A stretch of 63,953 bases of DNA, counting the filler, from Rhabdomonas costata (lineage: Eukaryota): NCBI GenBank assembly GCA_019059605.1. It is 34 parts of 34 records of this genome, joined end to end, with 100 filler letters (N's around TTAATTAATTAA, not from the genome) between each part and the next. Parts side by side here need not be neighbours in the genome. Positions count along the whole stretch, not along the records: positions 11,295 to 13,074 come from JAHMHO010009118.1; positions 13,175 to 14,956 come from JAHMHO010009119.1; positions 15,057 to 16,839 come from JAHMHO010009120.1; positions 16,940 to 18,722 come from JAHMHO010009121.1; positions 18,823 to 20,605 come from JAHMHO010009122.1; positions 20,706 to 22,483 come from JAHMHO010009123.1; positions 22,584 to 24,366 come from JAHMHO010009124.1; 27 more parts are not named here. One strand, written 5' to 3'. The notes below the pieces were generated by a model. The model did not search any database and was not told where the DNA came from. It saw only the letters and a program-made list of their open reading frames with translations. A program made the translations under genes and the position numbers. This document shows, in pieces, positions 12,001 through 23,732 of the stretch (its first letter is position 1; each line of letters begins with the position of its first letter).

Positions 12001-13629
12001 ATTGGACGGTGAATTGAAGGCAGCCAAATGGGTGGAAAAGGAATGTGAGTGCACCAAGGTGTGTTGTTTAGGCCTCTGCAAATCATTTCCACATTACCCA
12101 ATGCCCAAGACACCACGCTTTGAGCCTCGAGTGCGGGTTCCTGCATGGCTCAAGTTCTGGATCTTATTCTTGTAGTGAATAGGTGCCGTGGGTCGTGAAG
12201 GCTCAAAACAGCTTTCAAAAGTCCCTAAAACTATCTTGTCCTGTCCAAAGAGTATCTCCAAACTCCTGCCGTTTGCCTTTGCATCATGTCAAAACTAATG
12301 TGAAGCAACGGTTCCATGAAATTAGCAAATTAGAATGGTTTGACAGTCTAGTCACAGTCGCAGAGGCGACAGCGGAGAGGGGGGGGGCGCGGCTCTCGTA
12401 TGCCTGAGCTCTTTACCTCACCAGTCTTGCTGTTCGATAGGGTTACGACTACTTCTGCTGCCGGATCTGTGGGGCGAAGTGGAAGCAGAACTCGCACCAG
12501 CGCTGCAGTGAGGGCCAGGAACAGTGATTCAGAATTCACTGAGGTGACACAAACGCACAAGCTTCCCAACGCTCAGTCCTCAGGTTTAGTAGCCCCGTAT
12601 TGTCAGGGCTTTGCCATTTCGGAAGCGTCCTGGTGGAACATGCATGGCGGTCAGGGCTTGAAGAAGGGGACCTGTTGCGTTCTCTTTTTCTTTTTACCTG
12701 TGCTGTAAAGTTGGTGCTCTTGCCCAACCAAATTCCCTCTTTGACCTTCATTCCTTTGTCTGTGTTGAACGAAGGTCGACCTTACCCATCACTGTCACTG
12801 GCTCCGGTGTCCCCGCGCCCTTCCTTTTGCTGACTTCTGTCACTTTCTGTACCTTCTGAGGAGGTGCCATGTGCACCCCGCTCACATCTCTCCCACTTGC
12901 CTGGAGAGTGTGACAGCATAGCTCCTTGTCCACCGTATTCTCCAGTTGCTCTCTCGGTTTGCCTTTTCCTGTTGGTCGTTGCATGGGAGTCCCCATGGGG
13001 GTTCTCGGTCTTTACATTCAAAATATGAAGTGCCTTTTCGATTTTCGTTTCCCTTTCCACTCACCCCACCACCCNNNNNNNNNNNNNNNNNNNNNNNNNN
13101 NNNNNNNNNNNNNNNNNNTTAATTAATTAANNNNNNNNNNNNNNNNNNNNNNNNNNNNNNNNNNNNNNNNNNNNGTGTGTGGGGCTCCCACTCCGCCGCG
13201 CCCTTCTCCCCACAATCGCGGTGGAAGTGCCGCAGAAAGAGACCCACCACGGCGCCAACGTGGGAGCCCACCGGAAACTGCCAAGAAAAAAAGTCGTGCG
13301 CCAGCTTCCCACACACAGAAAACACACAAAAGCACAGAAACAAAGAAGCAAAGAAAAGCAAACCCCAACGCAGTGCCAGGTCATACCCCCTTCAAAAACA
13401 CAGCGATGCTCAGAAACACCTACTCAGTGGCTTTGACACTCAGTCGCACACACCCACACTTGCGGACTTGCGGCGGAAGCACCACTGGAAAGCAAAGGAG
13501 CTGTGGCAAATTATCACAGGCCGAGATTCGATTTCGCGCTAACCAGCTATCACAAAAGAACCAAAATGCCTTCCGTCTGGTCCGGCCCGGACTTTCAGAA
13601 TTTCTGCTCAGCCCACCATGGGCACCAAC

Positions 13630-14668
13630 CAAACAAGGGGGTGTGCAGAACCAAAGGCATCGCCTGCACGCACTGCTCAATGAACTCCGAGGGGTTTGCC
13701 CCGACGACGTGCACCGGCAAGAGTGCTAGAAGAACCTCCAGGGCCTCGTACTTGCTGCGGCGATCCACAGGCAGTCGATGCACGTGGAGGCACAGCTCCT
13801 GCAAAGCCCACGAGCCATCTCGGAAGCCCCCCCTTACCCCTAAAGCAGCAGCAACAACAAGCGTGCCTGGTTCAGGGGGTTTGGCGGAACTATCCTCGAT
13901 ATAAATTAGTGCCGCAGGAGTTCTCCACGAGATCTCCATCCGTGAGTGTATGCGTGTGCAGTTGCTCACTTTCACACGTGGAGCGAGAACTGAGTGGGGG
14001 GTTGGGGTCCGTATTTTGAGTCGAGAGTCCGACTGGAACATAATTCCCGGTCGTCTTGCTTTTCCCACTAACGTCGTGCATTACATGTTCAGTGTTTCTA
14101 CTCACTCTGAGGAGCCCAAAGTAAATTTCGGGTGGAGAAGCACGGGCAGGGCTCTAGGGAACCTCGAGTCCGGGGACCCCGCTATGCGGTCCAGCTCCCG
14201 CACACCGCAGCCAGAGCTTCACCAAATCCTCAAACAAGGGTTTGAGCTGGTGGCTGAGAATCTGCGTGGGGTCCTCCCACGCCTCCCACACAGCAGCCAT
14301 TGCGGGCCGGACAAACCCCTTCACCACCACCTCCGGGCTGGTGCTGCACCCCGGGTCCTCATTCCCTTCGGGGGAGCAGCCCACCGCGCAAGACAAGAGC
14401 AGCCGCGCTAGGAGACACAAGGCTTGAACGCCCAGGAACTTCACCTGGGGCGCCACCTGGGGGGCACAGCTTTCCAGCAGAAAGGGAAGCACCATCTGCA
14501 GCATCACGGGACCTTGTGGCGAGCGTTCCTCTGAAGAGGTAGGGTTTAGGAAGACCCACTTGGGGTCGGCCACGCGAAGCACACCCTGCAGCAAGGCCAG
14601 GCGGCCGGAGTGGTCCATCTCCCCAGGAAAGGGCCAGCAGCCAGATTGAGACTGGTCCAGGGAGGGCT
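13630..14668 (-). CDS. THADA/Trm732-like armadillo-repeat protein, internal exons
   Basis: Exons about 14668-14163 and 13894-13630. Segments VWEAWEDPTQILSHQLKPLFEDLV and RLPVDRRSKYEALEVLL match the pattern I recall for the THADA N-terminal region. A CTAAT branch-like motif precedes the second acceptor. Confidence 0.55.
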
Positions 14669-15532
14669 CTGAGGAAGTTGAAAATTAAGGACGTGAGCCA
14701 AATCCATAGGTGCAAAAACGAAAGGCGACGCAGAGCAAATGTACGGGGCAGACGACAAAAAGGCACCACGATATTAAATTTAGGTTTCCTTCCTTCACAC
14801 CCACCATCTCCCTTCCCGTAATTTCATTCTCTAGTCTCATACCTTCCACCGCATTCTTCCCTTCCCTTGTTTTTCAATGAAAGCAATGCGCATGCTTGCG
14901 CCTTCCTAACTTGGACACCGGCGCCCCTTCTATTCGTTCTATTCGGGCATTCTCTTNNNNNNNNNNNNNNNNNNNNNNNNNNNNNNNNNNNNNNNNNNNN
15001 TTAATTAATTAANNNNNNNNNNNNNNNNNNNNNNNNNNNNNNNNNNNNNNNNNNNNGGGGGGGTTGTCATTTTAAACTTCACGCACAACAAACGTGAGTC
15101 TTCAGACCAGGGAGGGAGGGAGCTTGGCGATGAAGGGCACGGGGTACCGTTGCGTACCTCGCAGACGCGACAGCCCATACTCTCAATGTTCCGCTTCGAC
15201 CTAACCTCCTGCGGGGGGTTCTATTGGAGTGCAGGAGGCATTTTCATCGTCTCCTATCCCCATGTAAAACGTTTTGATGGAATCCCAGAGGAAATGTGCC
15301 CCCCAACAAAACAGCTGAGAGAGGTACCCAAAAATACATGACCGGGGGGGAGGGGCGGCGGCAAAAAAACGGTTGGGCTCCTCCCGGTTAGCAAGAAACA
15401 ACGGGGAAGGAAGTGCGCAACACAGGACCACTGGGACTTCTCATTTTGTGGTTTGACCTGGAGGATACCACGGTTCATCGTTTGGCCCTTATTAAAACGT
15501 ATTGATGCAGGGGTTTGGGTAATCTGAGACAC

Positions 15533-16822
15533 CGCTGGAAGTCCGCGACAGTGTCGAGGTTCTTGGCGCGGGGGTCGTCGGTGCGGATGCAAATCAGCTT
15601 CCAGTCCGTCTCCCCCTCGTCCAGCATCGCCAGCACTCCCAGGACTTTGACCTATCCCCCCCCTCCCGGATGTTTCTCGAATTGCCAATTGAAAGAATCA
15701 AGCCAATTGCCTAAAAGAGACGTGCTTAATTACTTGATTACTGAAAAACAATTTAAAAGAAGAACTGCAACTGCAAAATCGTATTGATGCTGACGGCGAT
15801 GGGAACGAGGGCAGCATACACCACTGGTAAAGTTTCTGGTCTCGTAATACAAAAGGGAGCAAGCAAAAAAGTATAAGAAGACGGAACTCGCAGTGGCATG
15901 CCTGATAAAGCCCTCCGACGGGGAGAGGAAGCAAGCCCAACTCCACGATGTCAATGGGGTCGGCATCTCCCTTCAAGCCGGTGTCCTTGTGGGCCTCGTT
16001 GGGGTCCTCAAAGGTCTGCACGTAAACGAAAGAAACGAAGATGGTGGTAAAAAATAAAGTCGAAAGAAATCTCGCTTTCCCCGCATCGCCAAAACTGTTT
16101 CTACAGGTACTAGGGAAAAACGGGTGAGAAAAACGAACGCTTGGGCGCGCGCCAGGCAAGTGCGCACGGCAATCCACGCACTGCAATTAAAAATACCCCC
16201 CCCCCAGACAGCTTCACGGTTCACAGGTCTTCTGCCCGGACAGACGGAGACCTGCGGCATCAGCCCGTAGTTGAAGGGGATCCCGTTAGTGCCCATGTCG
16301 TACGTGAAGTACCTGGTACGCGGTACGCAAGAACAAATGCCTTCCCATATCACCACCAGGCTCTGGCTGTGAGTGAGTGGGGGGTGGGGATCAACCACCC
16401 AGGCTATTCGTGCAGCAGTTTTTAGTTAACAAACCCACCTACCACCTGGTAGAACCCCCAGAACAGCGATGAGAGAAATAATTGTATTCAATTGTATATT
16501 GCCTTGCACAAAGGCATCGGAGCTCAGCTGAGCTTGGAGCCGCGCGACTCTCACAGCCCAGCTCCCCCCATGCCCTCAGGCAGCTCGCCGCTGCTCGTTA
16601 CAGCGGGATCTTAACGCGCGCTGGGTCCGGGGGGAGGAGTGAACTTTTCTTTGGTGCTCCCTTCCGCCCCCCTCCCCCTTTTAGTGAACAGGCACGGACA
16701 AAACAACACGTGCCCCCGCGAAAGAGCTGTCCCTCCGGATAGGAAAACAAGAGGGAACTCAACCTAAGCTTTCCATTCTTGATGTCTTGCTTAATGGGGT
16801 TCAGCTCGACCTTCGTGGATAC
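15533..16822 (-). CDS. ppa: Family I soluble inorganic pyrophosphatase (4 internal exons)
   Basis: Exons 16822-16764, 16312-16252, 16015-15902 and 15651-15533 splice to NPIKQDIKNGKLR-YFTYD...PFNYGLMPQ-TFEDP...GDADPIDIVELG...YQ-VKVLGVLAMLDEGETDWKLI. The third intron is GC-AG. Confidence 0.96.
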
Positions 16823-18224
16823 CTGCACAAACCACCAACNNNNNNNNNNNNNNNNNNNNNNNNNNNNNNNNNNNNNNNNNNNNTTAATTAATTAANNNNN
16901 NNNNNNNNNNNNNNNNNNNNNNNNNNNNNNNNNNNNNNNGGGGGTGGTGTGGCGGTGGTACTTGCCTCCTATCAGGGTCGTATATCGGTTTCATTGTATA
17001 CGGCGTGGCTTGGAACAGCCGAAACCGGTGTTTGGACACTCTGCTCTCTGCCCTGAGCTCAGATAAGCTCTTGTTGTTTCTGCTTTATTTCTTCTTCTTG
17101 GAGGAAGATAGGCGAGAGCCAAGCAAGGTGGTGGTGGCGGGGACTGTGGCGGATGTAGTGTTGGTGGGACAGGCACTTGAGCCGAATGGGTGAAAGAGGG
17201 GGAAGAAACGGAAGGGGTCTGAGATGAGGTGGGGTGGGATGGCAAGAAATGCAATTGAGCTCCATCAGGCAGAGGGAGAGCTGACACTTTGCAACACTGC
17301 AAGGCTAAAAGAAAAAGAAAAGAAAAACAAGGAAAATCACGAACAAACCCACAAGCAAACAAGGCAATCGAAGAAACACGAACAGTAAGAGGGAGAGGGA
17401 GAAGGAGAAGGAGGAAAGGCATGATGACCGACAACCAAGTGGGCGTTTTCTCAGACTTCGCCGGAAGAAACGAAGAGTTGATTTCTGAGTGCCTTGAGCC
17501 CGGCAACACGGCATTCCCTTCATTCCATTCATTTTGAAGGGCAGGACCAGACACACTGTGCCGCGCGGTTCATCTGAGAAGCTTGGGCTCCAAACAGCTT
17601 GTTCCAAGCCAGGGAAGAGAGGAAGAGAGGGAGAAAAGGGAACAGATGGAATGGGAAGAAGGCCAAACAACACTCGGCAGAAACAAAGCTGCGACCAGGG
17701 AAGGAAAGCAAAAGGTGAGCCTCACTTGCCTGGAAAAACAAACAATCAAATAACGCGCGTAAGAGAACAATCTTCCATCAGGGTGTACCCTTTTTCCTCC
17801 ATCTCACTCCCCCTGACAAACCGTCATCAGTCATCAACACACCGCAAGCAGAGCGCTGGATGGCAACCGAAAGGAAAAAATGCTTTTCGCTCTTTCGAAG
17901 TGAGGGGCCTTCCCCACTGTCGTCATGCAGGCATGCATTCACATCTCCTCCCTGTCGATTAAACGAGGAACCCTGAGAAAGAGACGGCACTTTTTCCGGA
18001 GAAAGGCAAATAATCAAGGAGAAGACGGAAAGTTCAGCACCGGATGAAAAAGTCAAATCTAGGTGGAAGAAGAGGTGCTGCATTGTGAGAGTGCAGGGGG
18101 GCAGCATATGGCAACAGCACACAACACGAAACACGGCACACCCGGGAAGGCAGAAGAATGCCACACCCCCGTGCTGGAAAACAAAGCAATCACACTGCAA
18201 AACTTCAATCCGCTGGCTTCCACC

Positions 18225-18489
18225 CGCCCCTCTACTACAAAACTGCCACTGACTCACTGCTGTCTTGTGCAGTCGTGCTTTGAAAAGATGCGGATTGCAA
18301 AGGCAACCATTCGTCTTCAGCGGTATTCATCAGAAGCAACGTTTGTGTAAAACACGACATACCCTCGTGCAAACTTGCACAGCCCCTCGCCCAGCTGAAC
18401 TACCACCGACTTGTCCAGTCGTGCTTTGAAACGATGCAGATTGGAAAGGGTTATTCATCAGATGCAACGTTTGTGAAAAATACGTCATG
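18225..18489. repeat. Diverged tandem duplication (2 copies, about 110-135 bp)
   Basis: cagtcgtgctttgaaa.gatgc.gattg.aaagg and tattcatcaga.gcaacgtttgtg.aaaa each occur twice in the same order (about 18270-18360 and 18416-18489). Confidence 0.75.
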
Positions 18490-18528
18490 AACTCTCGCCG
18501 AGATGCAAAGGAATGGCCCTGATGCAAG

Positions 18529-18717
18529 CTAGTTGACCCGATTCGGGTCCAATTCCCCCATTAGCTCAGGCACCCAGCGAAGTCCACTGGGAGCCGAGAC
18601 CAAGCCGTGCAGCAGCCGGAACAGTGCCGTGGTGTCAATGGGCTTCCCCAGCACCGCCACCATCCCGCTCTCCTTGCACATCCGAGTGAACTCCGTGTCG
18701 AGGTTCCCCGTAATCCC
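18529..18717 (-). CDS. Response-regulator receiver domain C-terminus (hybrid histidine kinase type), last exon
   Basis: GITGNLDTEFTRMCKESGMVAVLGKPIDTTALFRLL...RVN* contains the T(G/A)N, C..sGM and KP motifs. It is absent from the ORF track because it has no start codon. Confidence 0.8.
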   Translation of the reverse strand, partial: GITGNLDTEFTRMCKESGMVAVLGKPIDTTALFRLLHGLVSAPSGLRWVPELMGELDPNRVN

Positions 18718-21700
18718 AAAACNNNNNNNNNNNNNNNNNNNNNNNNNNNNNNNNNNNNNNNNNNNNTTAATTAATTAANNNNNNNNNNNNNNNNNNNNNN
18801 NNNNNNNNNNNNNNNNNNNNNNGTACGACCTGCGCGGAGGGAGGAGCTTTACGTGCAGTGTGGGTGTACTTTTGTGGAAGAGCGAGCCAGAGAGTGAGTG
18901 AGTGATTGTCAGGCGGGATCTGTTTTTGTGTGCTTTCTCTTTTTTTGTTCTCGAATTTTCCTTTCTTCTGGCACTGCCTTGCTGTGTACGACTGATGTGC
19001 ACGGCTTCTAGGGATCGTATATATCCCGTTCTACCCATTCAAGAGATTTGCTCCGCTCCCCCCTCAACTTGACGGAGTCCTAAACTGAAGTTATTGCAAT
19101 AGTCTCCACTTACTGGCGACGGCTGCTTGCTGTCTGTTTACCGATGAAAATGTTTGGAGTTTCGCATCAATTCAGAGCCAAATTCCAATGAATTTGCTGC
19201 TCCTGCATTGCCTGGTTTGCCTGGTGTGCATCTCGCGCAAGTTGTGCATCGAATTTGCAGAATGGACTCCTTGCAAACCATTGGCATTAATGGCATTAAC
19301 GAACGCCATTTAATCAGGAGACGCGTTTCCAAACTTTGCCCCCACATATGGTTCCAACTGACCACTTGTCTCTTGATCTCGCGGCTACTTTAACGCACGT
19401 TGGGTCTCCTAAAGCCCAAATGTGGTGGACACGTATTGGAAAATGTTTACCCGATCCAAATTCTTCATCCGTCAATGCGCAACATCTTAGTTTTAGTTTT
19501 CAATTCAATGAATTTCTTGGCGCCACGTTTGGGACATGGAAGCCAAACCAAAGGTAATCCACGCCAATGCCGATACTAGGGCAGAACGTGGTGTTCCGCT
19601 TTGTCATATGTTGCGGAAACACAATTGAAATAGTACTTCGACCGCCGCTCATGGCATTCACTTGAAGAATTTGCTGCTGCCGTTTCGTGCTCAGCGCCCG
19701 CCCGTCTTCGAGCTGGAACCTAGCAGGCGTCATCTTATTATGCACATTGGGGCGGTGGAAGGTTTCCGGTCCGTTTTTTACCCATAAACATCACGCATCG
19801 CGCTGTGGGCTTTCCTGGCCCAAACGTTTTTGATTTTTGACGTATGTCGTTGCTTGGGGCTTGCCTGTGGCCGATTGTGAATTTCACGGAAATGGGAACA
19901 TCACGAAAGAAACACAACAATATTTGCTAGATGGCGCTATTGTTCCTTGATGTGGTGGTGGTTCTTTCTCTTTAAAACACAAGCTAATAGAGCGCGCGCT
20001 ATAACTAGCAACCGAAAAATCACAAAGTACAAGCACGCACCACTGATCGCTTTTTATCCTCTAGAGACTCTGAAATCGGAGTTCCGCTACGCCCATCTTG
20101 TTGCAATCTAAGCCAAGGCTACTTTAATGTCTAGTACCAAAAGCGCCATGGCGCCACCGATATTCATCCAACACGAATCAATCATTGTATGGGAGACCAA
20201 GGTAGGCCACATGTTGCCATATTACACACGGCGCGTCTTGTAGAGGGGTCCAATGGTACACAATGATTGCCATTAAACCCACCAGCAAGTCGTGTATAAG
20301 GCACCTCGTGTCACTTCAATCCAACGAAAAGCAAGCACCAGCGCACGAGTCATTCACAGTTCTTCTTTTCACATGAAGGCTATCACGTTGCGTCTCACAC
20401 TGATTCATACCATTTCCGTCCGCTACCGCAGTCCTATAATTTCACAACTGTCATTGGCAGATGCCATATTGCGAAAAATAATCATGCTTCATCACACAAA
20501 GTGATTAATTTCAAAATTGAAAAACCTTATTACGTTTTTTTTGAAAGCGTATCCAAGCTTAGCACCAACATTTGTATCTGCAGACAATATTAAGCACCAC
20601 CAACCNNNNNNNNNNNNNNNNNNNNNNNNNNNNNNNNNNNNNNNNNNNNTTAATTAATTAANNNNNNNNNNNNNNNNNNNNNNNNNNNNNNNNNNNNNNN
20701 NNNNNTGTGTTGAGTGAGTTTGGGGGGGGGGTGTGTATTCATTTTTTTGCGCTGGGCAGGCTGCCACAAGGGAAGAGCTGACATGCTGAAAAGTTCCTCC
20801 AAGGGGGACGTAAGTTGCTTCTTCTCTTTTGCTTCTCAACTTTGCATTATTTTTTTTTGCTCCCCTCGCCCCAGTTACCGTTGCACACTGCCACTGTTAA
20901 CTCCTTTGGAGCATTTTGGCGGCTTTTTGTTCTTGTACTGATGGGGACCTTGATTCTGCACCAAGCTTCGACTCTCGATATTATATTCCCCCGCTTTCTT
21001 CTTCTTTCTTCTCTAAGGGAAAGATACTATGTTAATAGCGGTGTTTTCTTCCGCCTCTACCGTGGTTGCCACTCACTGTCATATATCTGCATATTTCGCT
21101 TTCGAAGTTTCTTTCTGCAACCTCGGAGCTACTTATACTGCTGATTCTTACAAGTGTGCTCGAATTTCTTGGTACTATGGTTCGTTTGAACTTACTGCGT
21201 GGTCACGTGCGTTCAGGTTTGCCTTCACAAATGTGTGTTTGCGTTTACCGAGACTGTTCATCTCCATCTCCCTAATAACGCCTGCTGTCGCAGCCCAGTG
21301 GGTACTTATCAAATCCATTTTGTCACTGGCTGCCCTTGCGAAGCAATCATGAGCCTCTCACCTTCTGATAAATGGCAGCACTCTTTACATTGGTGCCCAA
21401 GCAGCGGCATCATCATTGCTCAGGCCCTCAATGGTGTTTGGTAGTGTATCCTTTGTCAACCGACCTGCAGAGCAAGGTTGACTCTTACAATGACCTTACA
21501 CACACCACCTTGCAGCGCACCTCACTGGGTGGCAAAGGAAAAGAGCGATGGTTATGCGAAGACGTGAATGGTTGGGATTCCTCTCCATCAGTTCCCCAAC
21601 CTCCTGAACCACCACCAATTTCTGGAAAGAGGATTGAAAAGGTGCACCCGCTTCCTTCCGCTCCTTCAGCAGCGCAGTTACTTTTGCTGGGCTCCTTGGG

Positions 21701-22427
21701 CCCACGAAGTCTGCCTTGTACATTTCCCGGTTTTGGCTGCGAGGAGTGGTCAGGGGTGAGCGCAGGATGCACCGCCCTTGGCTACAGTTTTGGCGCGCAT
21801 GGCCGCGGCTGGGGCCGCTTGCGCGGCGGTTCGAGAGCTCCATGGTTGGCTCCTCGAGACAGGCACGGGTATCTGCATTTTTTTCCTATTCACCACCATT
21901 GCCCGACACCCCCTCCCGCACACTCCGATGCAAGACCCTACGCTTTTTTCCTGGAGAAGGCGAGTTCTCAGTTGTTGTTTTCTTGCATTATACGCAGTGC
22001 TTGCTGCAAAACTTTGTTGTAGCCGCAGCGCCTGATCACAGGCGTTGTGACTACCCTCTCCAACTTGCTTTTGGGAGCGAACTAAGTTGCTCCTGCAGTG
22101 TTTGTCATTCTACTTCAATTCATTTGTTCTGCAGTTTGCGGGTTGCTGTACTTACCTCAGCCAGAAGGGCTAGCCAGAAGCCCGAAGAACTGGCGCCTTT
22201 ACCCATCATTTCCAGTTTGCTTTCATTGAAGGCCGACGAAGTCCGAACTTTAAGAGTTGTTGCTTCTCTTTTCCATGCTTGCACTTCAGCTCGAGCTTCA
22301 AGGCAGGTTTAAGGCCTTCCCTCGAGCTGCGCCCAAGAATCTGAAAATGGTCCAATCCGAGCTGGAGCTTTTCCTTGGTATGCTGAACGACTGCCTAAGC
22401 AACCCCACACACACATACACACGCACA

Positions 22428-22483
22428 CAGTCAACCAGGCAACAGCCAGCGCGCAATGCGCCCAACACCCCCCACACCCCACA
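22428..22483 (+). mobile_element. Truncated terminal copy of the (CA)n-tailed SINE-like repeat
   Basis: cagtcaaccaggcaacagccagcgcgcaatgcgcccaacac is nearly identical to the reverse complement of 29715-29755 and is preceded by an imperfect (CA)n tract. Confidence 0.7.
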
Positions 22484-22836
22484 NNNNNNNNNNNNNNNNN
22501 NNNNNNNNNNNNNNNNNNNNNNNNNNNTTAATTAATTAANNNNNNNNNNNNNNNNNNNNNNNNNNNNNNNNNNNNNNNNNNNNCGATCTAAGATGAAACT
22601 TTTTTATATTCCCGCGCTCTGGACGTACAACTGATGTGTTTTTGGTACCTTTCTCTTTTGAGCTGGGACAAGCTTTATGCCGAAAGCCCTCCGGTGGCCT
22701 TCGAGCGGCAGTTGGCACAGGTATTCCGATTGTTTGGTGGTACTTATGAGATGGCTCGCTGCTGGGTCACTTTGCCGGTCGTTGATGAGGGTCGTCCCGG
22801 TCGTTCTCTCTGTCGAACGTCTCTTCTTGGACACAG

Positions 22837-23732
22837 AGTATGGCGCTGAGTGCGCACCTCCTCCGTGGGGGCGGGCCGGTGCGGCAAGGTCTCGTGCACT
22901 GCGAGGACGGCTCCCTGCTGCTGCTTCTCTCGCCCTCCTCAGGGGCCGTGCTTCAGCTGGACGCGCTCAGCAACAGAATCATGCTGAGCTACAGCCCCCC
23001 CGTGGACCAGGTCTGCTCTGGGTCCCTTGGCGGCGCAATCCGCCGGTTCAAACGCTAGGCCTCCAAATTTCACCAAACCTCACAACGCCGATGACCAATT
23101 TTCGGCACGAACGTGCGTGCTTTTAGTTGGCTCACTTGTGTTCAGCATGGGTCAACCTTTCAATGGATCAGAAAAAATGCTAATTAGTCCAGGGGATGGG
23201 ACATCATCACCACCCCCGCCCAATAAAGCACTTCAAATTCAATGAGGCTTCAACTTCAAGTATCTGATGGCAACACACGATATTTTCTGTTTTGGGTTCG
23301 TCCATTTTTTCGATCCAAACGCATTCCAGTAGCTGCCTCGCTACGTCCCACAGAAACCAGATGAATGCATGAGTGCATGCCAGAAATTGCTACCCTTTGA
23401 CATTTCAGTCTGGAAGGTCCCTGTCGGTGAGCAGCTGGAAATCGATTTTGTAGACTTCCACAGTGGCAGATGGTTGGGTAGCGGCTTCTGATTCAACCTT
23501 GACACCCAGTCACACTCACACAGTCTCACTGAAGATGCCCATTTGCATATCGGGTTTTGGGTGTTCATTTTTGGAAATCGGAAATTTCTAATTTGGAGTC
23601 ATCAGACGCTGAGCTTTTACGTGACATGGAAATTTTTAATGGTCCGCCAGTGCGTGTCGTTACAGGAAGTGGCATCCCTTTCTCTGGACGTCACTCCCGA
23701 CGGGAAGTTTTTGCTTGCGGGAACCCGATCAG
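22837..23732 (+). CDS. WD40-repeat protein exons
   Basis: Exons 22837/22840-23010 and 23666-23732 are joined by a phase-0 GT-AG intron. SLDVTPDGKFLLAGTRSG is a typical WD40 strand pattern. Confidence 0.7.

Noticed and set aside
11295..12146. GC-rich multi-frame ORFs and a faint RNase H-like stretch (IWLPS)
   Set aside because: Catalytic motifs are missing, and open frames are expected at this GC content.
13178..13270. 10-bp inverted repeat gggctcccac/gtgggagccc at a contig start
   Set aside because: Too short to separate from chance or a minor fold-back.
18823..20605. AT-richer contig possibly from a decayed transposon or organelle DNA
   Set aside because: The frames I translated are stop-ridden and contain no identifiable motif.
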